A program made the translations under genes and the position numbers. From the NCBI RefSeq assembly GCF_000150275.1, contig NW_002060956.1:463379-527378 (forward strand): a DNA stretch of 64,000 nt, written 5' to 3'. The DNA comes from Trichoplax adhaerens. Taxonomy: Eukaryota > Animalia > Placozoa. Below the pieces are notes generated by a model, which was given only the letters and a program-made list of their open reading frames with translations, had not been told where the DNA came from and did no database searches. This document shows positions 37,405-53,026 of this stretch, piece after piece (positions within the stretch are counted from its first letter, which is position 1; each line of letters opens with the position of its first letter).

Positions 37405-40175
37405 AGAATTTTGAAAAAAAATTATTAACAAGTTATCAACTTGTGCTATGTGAAAATTGCCAACCGTTCTAGGAAAACAGCTGTAGAAGTACTGTATATG
37501 AAGTATAAACACGAAATGGCTGGAAAAAGTAGCTGCAGTGGAAGATGACAGAGGAGGATAAAATAGAATAAAATCTCGTCTTCTAGCAATGTATTGCTTC
37601 TTTCTTTAGTGTCCTCAATCTCAGGAGGGCTAAAATGAGATTCGCTACCACCAATCCTATCAGTATCTGAATTTTCTGTCTTATGATGGGGAATAGCAAG
37701 AGTCCGCAAGACCTGCTTCTACGTATAAACTACTGAATGAAGAGCCCCTTTGGCTAATTAATTTACGAGTACAATATTGTATGGGTTTAGACTTCAAAGT
37801 TGCTCAAGATTGATGCAAATACTTTTCTTAGTAGTGTGTTCCAGCTAGGAGTTCACAGTCTCTACAGTACGCCTACTTACACGATACTATGAATGGAGTG
37901 TATAGAAATGAAAAATTTTGAAAGTAAAGCATCAACAATTTTAAATTTTAACGGCTTGCTCTCCTATTGGTTGTAACAGATTTACGGTACAGTACGACAC
38001 AAAAGGACTGTTCGTTCATACTGTACAGTACTGTATTCATCCTGTACAGTGTACAGTATATGTACGTTATACTGTACACTCTACAGTCAAAACTGAACTG
38101 GGCATGATTACAAGACAACAATAAGTGTTTGCTCATTGGTCCGGTCTTTATGATTTTCCTAGTTTCTTTTGTTTATCGACCAATGAGCAAGCACTTGTTG
38201 TTTTCTTGTGATCATGCCCAGTATTTGCTGTATTATACTGTACTGTACTATATGGTACAGTACTACATTTACAGGAATCCGGCTGTACTGTAGTCTGTAG
38301 ATCGTGGGGGAGTAAAGTACTGGACTGCACATTAACCTTGTACAGGTGATGGATAGTTTTAGATATGCCAAAGATGGCAGGAGGATGAAGAACACGTTTA
38401 TTCAGAGAGATCAATTGAGAACAGAGTACACAGGTAGAAGGTTACAGAGATATAGAGTATAAGGAGGTATTGATACACATTGTACAGTATATCTCTGCCG
38501 TGTTTACATTGATCTATGTAATACAGTGGACTCACTGTCTATTCATTATGATGCAGATACGATGCAAGTTAATGGCAGCACTTCAACGAATCAACTAGTT
38601 TATCCCTCGCTCGTTATACTAAACGCACTATACTGTACTTGACTATTTTGAATGAGTAGATTAGTAACTTTATTTGGGGTTCTTAAGTATGGTGTTGCTT
38701 ACGACAGTAATAACAGCAAGCTGAATCGTACATCATGCAGCCAAAATAAAGAAAATAAAAACGACTAAGCAGTTATCGATTTTGCAAATGCAAAATACCT
38801 CTCAATTTATGAATAAACAATAGTAGATCAAGGCTCAAGACGTAGTGTACAGTAGATTGGCCATCCACTGTTGTGTGTTAATATCTGAAACTGAAGCTAT
38901 TCTACCGCTGCGGCTGCAGGAATTCGTAATAATCATCCAAAATTTTTTAACAAGTACTGTAGAACTTGAAATTCGTTTACCAGAACTGCAGAAGTCATGT
39001 AGCAGTGAACTATTGCCAACGTGCACTTGAGTGATTTGACGTCATACCTTATCTAAGATGAGTTATTTTATTAACTATATTATTAATCTATCGTGGTTAT
39101 GATTATAATATATCGATATTGAGTATCTGGTCACCAAATTTCAAATGAATTTAGATTGCACTTAGAAAGCTCAACACATGACTTGACAGAGCAAAGATTC
39201 GCTCTGCTTGTGCTCGTTGCAAAACACTACTACTTGATAATTTACTTCAGGAAAGCTCATTTTTACCGCGATTGCCATCGGCTAGTGCTGCAACCAAGTT
39301 AGTTGTGTACAATAGTAAGACCTAATTATAAGCTTCCAAACTAGTTGATTGCAATCATCATAAAGTTTTTTTAACTTAAACAATTGTCAAAAGAGTTTTA
39401 TCTCTCGGACTAAAGGAATTACTTGATACAGTAAGAATCGGTTATGATCCAGTACTTATTCGAACTATCCTTCCGGATATCAGTACTGCTTTCGCTTCAA
39501 TATTAAAATAAGGATTTGAGGTAAATACAAAATGTAAACTGTAAATTGTATTTGAGACCTCAAATAACTCCATGTCTCGAGCTACAGTAATGTCACAGTA
39601 ACACTTTACCATCATTTAATCGCAAGAACTCAAGGAGAAAAGCTCCCAATTTACAGTATTCACTGTCCTGTAACATCAATATTACAGTTCATGACAATGA
39701 ATATTAGATAATGAGATAATCGAACATTTAACATAGCTACACTGGGTACTAACTAAAGTACATTCACTTGGCAATGGCACACAACAGAAAAGCTTCATCT
39801 GGTTGTTACATAGTTGTATTCAATGCAAAGATAACAGTCATCTCATATTCAGGAATTTTGCAATGATGTTGCTAGTTGAGCTAATAATATTGTATTATCT
39901 AAAATTATAACAGCATTTCTTGTTATAAAACTAACCTCTAACATTTCAAAACTGGAAAAATTTTTTACAGTATCATGCAAACGGCTACGCAATCAAATTG
40001 AATGGTCAAAAATTTACAAGTACGCGTATTCATTACTTCTTGACTGTAAAATAGTGATATATGAAATTTGGACAGATTTATCAATCTGTCCCTGCTTAGA
40101 ACCTTAGGCTAAAATACAAGACATTGGAATTAAATAGTAATACAGTAATATACTGCATAATTGAAGGAAATACGG

Positions 40176-40514
40176 CTAAGATGATTTGGAAAATTCGTCA
40201 TTGTTATATCTATTCCAGTCTGCCGGAGGTTTCTCTCTCAATTTCCATACAGGATTTGAATTCCCTATTAGCTTTTTCGCATCTTCTTTAATTTTAGCTT
40301 GACTTTCTAACAGTTGTTGTTTAGTTTCTTCCGATTTGGTTGTTTTATATGACATGCATTTCCTAAAGCTGGTCATATGTTCAGAGCAATCTCTGAAAGT
40401 ACCATAAATGTAATAAAAGCGAAACTGATTTATCGATGAAGAACACCTTCTCCAATAATAAAATAAGTCTACGCAACTAGGTACACTATCCTTGTCGCTA
40501 TCATTACTCTCCAT
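40176..40514 (-). CDS. C22orf39: UPF0545/C22orf39-like (DUF3128) small Cys-motif protein, intronless CDS
   Basis: 112 aa with C-x9-C (CVDLFYYWRRC), QFRFYYIYG..DC..FRKC and the C-terminal VWKLREKPPADWN, typical of this family. Confidence 0.8.
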   Translation of the reverse strand: MESNDSDKDSVPSCVDLFYYWRRCSSSINQFRFYYIYGTFRDCSEHMTSFRKCMSYKTTKSEETKQQLLESQAKIKEDAKKLIGNSNPVWKLREKPPADWNRYNNDEFSKSS

Positions 40515-41305
40515 GCTGCATCAGTAAAATGATGAAATGCTTGCAATTCTGAAGACGATATCTTATTCAGGGCTTTGCGATGTCTTTTGCAGCGTAGTAC
40601 CAGGCGTTGGAAATATTGTATTACTAATATTATAGGTATACGAGATGATCTATGAAATTAATGAATTGATAAAGGTAAAATAACAGGATGGTGTCAATAG
40701 GGATTTGAGTAGTTGTAGAATAAAGTCTTTTAAATCGATCAAGATGATGAAATTTGATGGAGGTTAATTCACTAATTGACCATGATTCAAGGAGGTGCTC
40801 GAATTGCATGGGGCTACTGCAGAAGAGCACATGCGCAGTAAGCTGCCTTGCGTCTAAAGCGAACTGTACTGAAGCTATACTCTACTGTTTACTTTACATT
40901 ATAGCATTGTTTTAATATTGTCGCTGCAGTACTGTATGAGTACTATTAGGCAAAAGACATTAGGGTACGTGATCAATCCTCTTCAAACTATAGTTATGAC
41001 TTGAATCATTTGCTCACGCTCGCACACACTAGATTCTACAGGACTGTAGTCAGCCATAGCTATCTGATTCAAGCCATCGCTAGTGGTGTACGGTAAATAA
41101 ATATCGATCAATTCATTTTGGTAGAAATAACTTATTCCTGTACTGTTCTGCTGATTTAAGTTTGATTTGAGATATACTCTAACTACGTATATAGACATAG
41201 ATGCTTGTCTAAAGTGATTCCAGTATAATTCAACTGTCGTACAAGGATATACTGTACAATAGAGCTCAATCAGCTCAATGGAAGGTAAGGCAAGATTTCA
41301 AATTT

Positions 41306-41393
41306 TGTACTTGAAATTAGAATGACCATTTACTATAGCAAGCAATAAGATGTGCTTGAAATTAGAATGACCGTTTACTATAGTAAGCAATAA
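41306..41393. repeat. 45-bp tandem duplication in the RNMT 5' region
   Basis: TGTrCTTGAAATTAGAATGACCrTTTACTATAGyAAGCAATAA at 41306 and 41351. Confidence 0.9.
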
Positions 41394-41854
41394 CACGTTA
41401 AAATACCTGCTTATAAATCAAATTCTTATCTACTATAATTTAGATTGTATTAAATAGTTTATAGATAAAGTACTTATGATAATATATATTATCGTATAGC
41501 ATATCATTCGTATAGTTATTGTAGAGGATACATACTAGTGTGAATTACGTGTATTGTTTTATGCAGGATAGCTAGACAACGATATAAAAACGTAATCTGC
41601 ATTCGATGTTCATTTCCTTAACGTTGTATCGCTTTTTTTGTACTATAATTTTCGTCTTATCTACCAACAACAGAAACTGAAACTTCAAATGCAACGATTA
41701 CTGAGCTAAAAGCAAAGTTAGTAAATTGCACTCAATTAAATTTAGATTAGATTACCTAGCAGAGGCATTGCACACGCTAGATGATGTGCGTAGGACTATT
41801 AACACAACAAAAATTGATACGTATAATTATAATCATTGGCTACTTTACAGATCC

Positions 41855-45499
<3,645 letters not shown>

Positions 45500-46457
45500 T
45501 TGACCTCGTACTGTATTTTATAGAAGAAATCGTCGATATCTATAAATTTCAATTATTTGTCACACCATTACTCTAGTAATCCAAAAGATGCTTTACGCTG
45601 AATAAAAATTAGGAATTGTCATATGCATAATGCAGACGTTTACCATTCATGACTTACTGAAGAATAGTAAAGTGTAAGAAAATTAGATTACGATACGAAT
45701 TATCAAAGCTCATTATTCATTCTATATTGTTTGCGACTGTATTTGCGTAATTTTAATGATGCGATTAAATACTACTTATAAAATTTTATGTCCCATAAGT
45801 TAATATACATAGGATTATTTCATACTTAACTTTATAACTGTACTTTCGTGATTATGTAGTATGTTACATCCTATGTAAAATAATAATAATGCAACCCTGT
45901 TTCAATTTGAGTAAATAAAACATTGATTACTGGTCTTTTAGATCATAACAAGCAAAACGTTTATGTATACATTTACTACCTTAAATAAATATCTGAAGGA
46001 GCTATATCTAATGTTTTCGATGCGATATATATGAAGAACAATAACTGCAAAAGTTAACTGCTTGAATTCAGTCAGTATACGTTGATAATCTTCATTGCAG
46101 GTATGAACGATAACTACAGTATATCCGAAATATCAATTCATTGTCAACCAATGGGTATATAACAATAAGCGACAGAGTATGATCTAGTAGTCATTCATCG
46201 CAGCAATCCCTTTCAAATACTGGTATGCTAATGGTACTACAATATTATCTGTCAGCTGGATGTTTAGACCGTAGATAAAAGTCATTTTTGTTGATTAATA
46301 ACCAGCGTAACACAGTATTCATAAGAGTACACGCGCAAAAAGATATCACGAATCATCATTGAATATCAGGAGGATCAATATTTTATTATAATAACATCAC
46401 GAGAATAATGTGTAGCGAGTTTAACACTACAAGTCGTTAGCAAGGTCAACCAAGGAA

Positions 46458-48853
46458 TTATCTAGCAGCTTGATATCGTTTAGCCTTTCTTTCTAATTTT
46501 TTCTGCTTTTTAGGATCAATATTTTCTTCTGGCGCAGGAGCAAAAAAGAATGGTGACAAGATATTTACCCACAGTAGATAAAGAGCCCGTGCAGGTAACT
46601 ATAAATATTCAAAAAAGAATCATAAATGGATATAAATGCAAGTACCTTGTACATATTATAAGCTAAATCATACGGATGCCGCTTTACTACAGTGTGGCAT
46701 CTACTTAATGTTTTCTTTGTAAATTTAATTCAAAAAAAAAAATTTTGCAATTTACCAGAAGCCACAAGAACCAGCAGTAAAACCATATTGCACTCGAGAC
46801 TTGAACAATTGCCGTAAGTAGAATAATATCTTTCAAATGCCTAATTTAATAAAATTTGTAATTACTATTCGATTTAAATAAATTTGATATTCATAAGTTG
46901 TAGCAATTTAATCTAAATGATTTACGCACTAAAATGTTCCAATTCGATCAGCAGTTACGCACGATGAACAACATTTATACTAAGTTCTATCACAAACTCA
47001 CTCTCCCATCCCAGATCCCATGTTTAGATCGAAGCCAGCATCAGCTAGGGTATTGCCTTCGAATACTGGTGTGCTCATAGAAGACATCGTATAGTAGGAT
47101 ACTGCAAGTGCTATATTGATAAGAAGCCATCCAGCCTATAATTTAAAATAGTTAATAATTAATAACAAATTCCTATAATTTAAAATTCATATTGACCATC
47201 AGAAAGTAATCACAATAATCCTACACAGCGTATTTTTAACTTAATCGTAGAGGAGAAATATTTTTTATATTTCTGATATAATCTTGGCATTTGAATCTTT
47301 TTAAAAAGGGATGTGCAGTACAAATTATCGCTATAGCTTCGGAATACGTATACCGTATCAGCTTTGCAAATCTCAGATAAGGACAATTCAGTTTCTTTAC
47401 AGAGTTGTTTTATAAACTATTACATAGTGCATATCTAGTAGATCGAATATGAGTAAAATATACGTATTCATGCTTTACTAGTAATATATTACCGTAAAGA
47501 GAGATTTTAATTAGCTTAAAGGTGATCTATACATACTATGCAGCCAAATGAGGAATCATAATTAGATAATACCAGTCGAAAAACAATGTTTAATCCCTAC
47601 AAATATCAAAGAAAAGAGCAATAGACGTTAGTTATCCAGGAGAATTTGAGAATCACTCGAATTTAGAATTACAGTCTGATATAAGCTATGATTTAAATAA
47701 TCGAGATTTGAGCGTATTTATTAATCGATCATTTCACTTCTTTTACATATTTTGAAAAAGTATTATAGTTACAGGTGTTATTCGTTAAAATAATACTAAC
47801 ATTGCCAATTAGGATAACTTTTTTGTAGTAATCCAATGTTGCTATGTTATCCTGATGTATTTCTTTTTGTCCTTTGGTTCTCTTCTTTCCCTTATTTGCC
47901 TGAGACTGTAATAGCAAGTATAGCAATTTTATATTATTACATTAATTATGAATTTTAGTTTTTATTCTCTGAAGCATAGATGTGACCAAAATAATTAATA
48001 TTTGTTCGAGAATTACTTATAAGCAAGGTTACATTGCATTGCAATAAATCGTAGTTGGAAGGATATTAGTCCATGCTATTCCAATAGACGAGCAAAAAAT
48101 GATTTCTTTACAATTATGGTGACAAATTGATGATAGATTATGTGTCACTCTACTTTGTAATTTTCAAGAACAGCTTAAATTAGTAGTCTTAAGTTTACAC
48201 GATATTGCTCGATATTACTGTACCGTATAGCTTGCTATATACTGTTTACGTAGGTAGAAATTTAAGATCAATCAATCAATAATAACCCTATCATATACTT
48301 GTATGTATGATATTTTTATTCGGTTATGACGGTGACCTTCAATTTACTTATTCTAAATATACAGTACTGTACTGTATTTCTAGTCTACCGAAGTAGTACG
48401 GTAATAGAGCCAAGCGAAATAATGATGGTATGTACAATTAATCGTGATTAGAGTCATTAAAGCTACGTTTATTAAGATAATTCACATCCATTATGATCAT
48501 GAGCCTTGTCAATAGACTACAGCATTATCGTATCCTAAGCCCGTACAGTCCAAACTACACATTCTATAAGACGCTAATTTCTTACTGCTCCACTCATTTT
48601 CAGATCTAACGATGCGATATATAATATGAAAAGTATAAGAGAAAGCCAAGCTCGATTGGAATTTTGAATCTAGTGTACACCCATGAAGAATTAATATAAA
48701 CAGAAGAACCTAGGCGTATTGGTTTACCTAGCGCTTTGAGGTTGTCGCATTTCCGATCATCATTTGCATTAGCATATTACTATACTATGAATCATAGTCG
48801 ATCTAGCTAAGGTCAGATGATATAAGCTACAATATAAGCCGTTCATTTACCAT
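46458..48853 (-). CDS. TMEM208: Transmembrane protein 208 (SND2 homolog)
   Basis: ATG-only first coding exon (48853-48851), then [67 protein letters not shown] and KKQKKLERK. Confidence 0.9.
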
Positions 48854-49194
48854 GATTGCTTTCGTTTTACCAGTTGTAGTAGTCTTCCTCCATTGGTGAT
48901 GCCAATCCCAGCACAGCCTTGAAGACCTTTTCCAATTGCGCAGGTGTCGATGCAAGTTGCTTCTGATAGTCCTTGTACTACAGTACAGTACAGTACAGTA
49001 CATGCATTTTACAATACCAGGTACTCTTCTTCGTTTTGTACTGTACACTGTACTAGATATGGACTGTGTATGAAATCCTGTGAAGTTGGTACGTATTAAA
49101 CGTTAAACCCTAACCCACGTGTACTGTACAGTACAGTATCTTGTAACTGGAACTTCTACTGTTTGCCACAAAGAATTGTGGGTAACGAGGAAGA

Positions 49195-49212
49195 TCTCCT
49201 TCTTTTCCTTCT
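49195..49212 (+). promoter_or_regulatory. Polypyrimidine TCT initiator / 5'TOP of the ribosomal protein gene FAU
   Basis: TCTCCTTCTTTTCCTTCT ends 33 nt before the ATG and contains the TCT consensus YYCTTTYY (TTCTTTTC, 49200-49207). Confidence 0.7.
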
Positions 49213-49245
49213 GACGCAACGTGATAGACATCTTGATTTTCCATC

Positions 49246-50756
49246 ATGAATATTTTCTTGCGCGGCAATTCGTCTTACACCTACAATTGTAGTCCAGCGA
49301 CTACCATTGCTGATTTAAAGCATTACTTAAATGATAGAGAAGGACTACCAGTAACCGAGCAAGTTATTACTTATGGATTACAAGTATTAGAAGACCACGT
49401 TACTTTGGCCGATTACGCCATCGAAGCCGACTCAACATTGAACGCTTTCGTACGATTACATGGAGGTTTGTACTTACAGTTAATGTAGTGTTTACAATTT
49501 TGATCAACTCTATCCTATATAACTGTACTGTAGTAACTAAATGATGATGTTAATAGTGTTATAAAACTACTAGAGGATTTGGTAAAGTTCATTTGAAGCA
49601 GATTACGCAGATCGTATTCTTTTCATATAGTTTGCAATACTGTAATCTTATGGTTACGCTGTGCATCAGCCTCCGAATTCATACAAACCATTATTATTCG
49701 GTAGCTTTCTCGATCATCTCTACAATCGCTATTCGTGCGTATGTTATGGATGAACAAGCTGTTTGAACTTATAACATTAATCTACTATATTTCATTAAAT
49801 TCAGTGCTAATTATTCCTCTGGTGGTATCATGACATGTCTTGATTGCTTTTTTAGTCTAGTCAAAAGCATGGTGTATACTGTACAGTGTACACACGTTAA
49901 GCAACACTGTATTATACTGACTGTACCGTAGAGTATATTAATTTCAAAGTTTTTCAATTTACAATTTTGCCTTTCAACTTTTCATTTTTACGTAGTAGAT
50001 ATCTAAACGTTAAGCCATTTTATTGTCTGTATTTAGGTAAAGTACACGGTTCCTTAGCTCGTGCTGGTAAAGTCAAAAATCAAACACCAAAGGTATGTAC
50101 ATTGTATAGTATGGAATAATGATACTGCAGGTGGTAGTCAATCGTTGATGCAATGCTGTTCTTAAACTTTAACCCGAGTTTTGTTGGGAAAGTTTATGAA
50201 CTTGAAAATTTCAGAGAGCAATCTGTTAATTTATCAGAACAACAAACCATAGTATATTACTTTCATGTAATATTCTCTGTCTTTGACTCTATTTTCCACG
50301 CCGTTGGACATTCCTATGTATTTTTTTATTATAATATTGCTATAGACTATGGAAATATTATAGCGTTGTACCCGAATACTGAGCAAAATACTTTAATTGT
50401 TGTCAACTTAGGACTGATACTTACAGTAGTTATCTTTGCCAGTACTTTATTTCACCAAAATGATTAGTTCATCACAACAGAGCTAGTTGTTTCTTATTAG
50501 CAATCTTATAACAGATGGAATTAATAATATAATCAATAAAGCTGCAGTTAGAAACATACGAATATATACAATGATTGCAGTCTCGTAAGTACGCTATGTC
50601 TGATTGATACTTTACTATCTTCATTAGGTTGAACAACAAGAAAAAAAGAAAAAGAAGACAGGACGCTCCAAACGTAGGATGCAATACAATCGCCGTTTCG
50701 TCAATGTTGTACAAGGATTTGGACGAAAGAAGGGACCTAACTCTAATAGCTCTTAA
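49246..50756 (+). CDS. FAU: Ubiquitin-like FUBI fused to 40S ribosomal protein eS30
   Basis: Exons 49246-49465 (..VRLHG), 50037-50092 ([19 protein letters not shown]) and 50628-50756 ([36 protein letters not shown]). Confidence 0.97.
50145..50313 (+). ncRNA. Candidate intronic H/ACA box snoRNA in FAU intron 2
   Basis: Hairpin GTTCTTAAACTTT(50158-70)/AAAGTTTATGAAC(50189-201); H box AGAGCA at 50215; second hairpin closed by CAAC(50240)/GTTG(50303); ACA at 50308. Target not identified. Confidence 0.45.
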
Positions 50757-51923
50757 AATACTGTAGTACACTCTCTAGCAACCTATACTATGTAAGCTTG
50801 TACTCAATGTATAAACAAAAATTGGATTAAAAAGTTTGTTGCTATAATCATGTTGGTGATGAAAAGTTTTTGGCTGGACAAATTTACTTCCATATCACCT
50901 ATTGCACTATATAAAGTGCTGCATATCGTAATTGCTTATTAATATATTTGAACGATTGTATTGAGGAAAGAGTAATAAGAAAAAGAATATTCTTTACAAC
51001 ACTATAGTACACTATAGTACTGTATTACTAATAGTAAAGTGAGATCTTTCTATGATGCTAAGCCATTTGGAAACGAGTCCAGTTGACGCTACGAAGTCAA
51101 TGTTACAGCAAAATTTGAGACTTCAACAAACTAAGCAAATATGGCATCCCCCAAAAATAGACATTGTAACTAAACGATAATAACTCGACTATGGAGGAAG
51201 AAATGATTTCAGGATACTGTACATACTCTAAAATAGGTGAAAGACAATCTTCGTCTATGTGTCCTAGGACAGTTTACTGTACACATCATTGCAGTAGGTT
51301 AACCTTTGCAAATCTGCTGTATTGCATGATATCGGATATCGTATTATTTAGAAGAATGGCTACAATATGAAGTTGGAACTCTATGCTTCTGAGGGCGTAG
51401 AGATCCAAGATCACCTTCGAATCTATGTTCAAGGTGTGTCTATTTTGGGGGAAAATTGATTCAATTTATTGCATTTTTGTCTCGATCAGTTTTCAACTTA
51501 ACAGCACTAGAAAGCGATAGTCAAGTATCTTGTGTCCATGTTAACTTGAAGTTAAACCACGTGGTGAAGCCTTGTAGTGGAGTGTCTCGTTCATTCGATA
51601 TCGTACAGTAATCCAACTAGCGTAGTTTCAGGTCAGCAACGTTTGCTGAAGAGTGAGCTACAGTACGTGCATCGATTAATACAGTGTACAGTACAGTACA
51701 GTTGCATCAGCTCTGCACTGTACACTGTAGAGTACAGCATTTCATCGTAACACTAGTTCTGTATAGGGCGTCAATAAATCTACCTGGGGCCCCTGTAGTC
51801 TATTGAACTGAAGAACGACGTCGTTTGAGACTAGATTGCTTTCACAAACTCTTCTAATGCATCATTAGTTAGGAACTATCTAACAGCAAAATGTCGCGAT
51901 GAAGTTGAGTGGACTACTTCGAA

Positions 51924-53026
51924 ATGTCATGGTAAGATTATAATGTAATTAATGCAGTTATGAAGGGTCATCTCTATGGTACTTACACTGGTGTTCTATT
52001 GGTGTTCATTCAAAATATTTCACAGTCTGTTTATGGTTTCATTACTGATATTATGGACAATATGTATGTTCTGTACATTTACCTCGAACAAAATGATAGA
52101 CGGTTAGCTCCATCAGCTTCGATACTGTACTGTAAATGCTCATTATGGGATATTTAATGAACTGTAATTCACTACTGGACAGCTTATTGATACAACTGGA
52201 ACGGATCATAATCAACATTCTGTACCGTAAATCGATCATTTTGAGCAAATTAAATAACAATTATAATAGAATTAATGAACTAAAGGATTCTTAACGGTAT
52301 TTTAATGAAAAGGAACTCCCGATAAACACCAACACACTTAGAAGCGAATCCAATAGGTGGCTTCTATTGGCGAATAACGTATCACGACGATGCTTGTCTT
52401 CACAACCCGATTTAAAACAATCCAAAGGTGAACAACATATCAGCAGTATTTTGAAGGATACTGTAAACCCGTCTTATTTAGAAGTAAGAGATATATCAGG
52501 TAAGTCATGTTGTTATTTGCAATGGCATAGTTGTGGTTAAAGAGTTGCAATAGGATAGTGTCTATTATGAGACGTTCATTAATGCTAGATTCATTTAATA
52601 ATTGTCAAAACGATTTGTTCATACTCGTACAGGGGGCTGTGGTTCTATGTATGAAATTCTAATTCAATCCGATAATTTTAAAGGAAAGTCGATCATTCAA
52701 CAACATAGAATGGTTAAAGAGGTACAATACCATAAAATGTTAGCATGTAGTCATACAAATCATTCTCTCTTCCGTGAAATTAGCATCTATTAAAATTTGA
52801 TATATACGTATCAGTACAGTACATGTAATGGTTAAAACCGAACGTTGATAACTTAATGTTTACAACGTAATCTAATAGATAAGAGCCCATATCTCTTTTT
52901 TGTGCCCTAAAATATTTACTGAATACAATCAATATCTGTTTGGTTAAATAATGAATGCTACAGGCTCTCGCAGAAGAAATTAAGAATATGCACGGTTTAA
53001 CTATTCGAACGTCAGTACCAAAGTAA
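51924..53026 (+). CDS. BOLA3: BolA-like protein 3, mitochondrial (start tentative)
   Basis: Probable exons 51924-51931, 52357-52499, 52632-52721 and 52964-53026 give ..[21 protein letters not shown]|[29 protein letters not shown]|[16 protein letters not shown]. The DISGGCGxMY signature is BOLA3-like. Confidence 0.9.

Noticed and set aside
37790-37925. CHR (TTTGAA) cell-cycle elements for Aurora
   Set aside because: The hexamer is too frequent in AT-rich DNA and the TSS is unknown.
49104-49116. Telomerase RNA template or interstitial telomere
   Set aside because: Only about two repeat units, located in a promoter, with no supporting RNA structure.
49541-49620. C/D snoRNA starting at ATGATGA in FAU intron 1
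   Set aside because: No CTGA D box at a plausible distance and no terminal stem.
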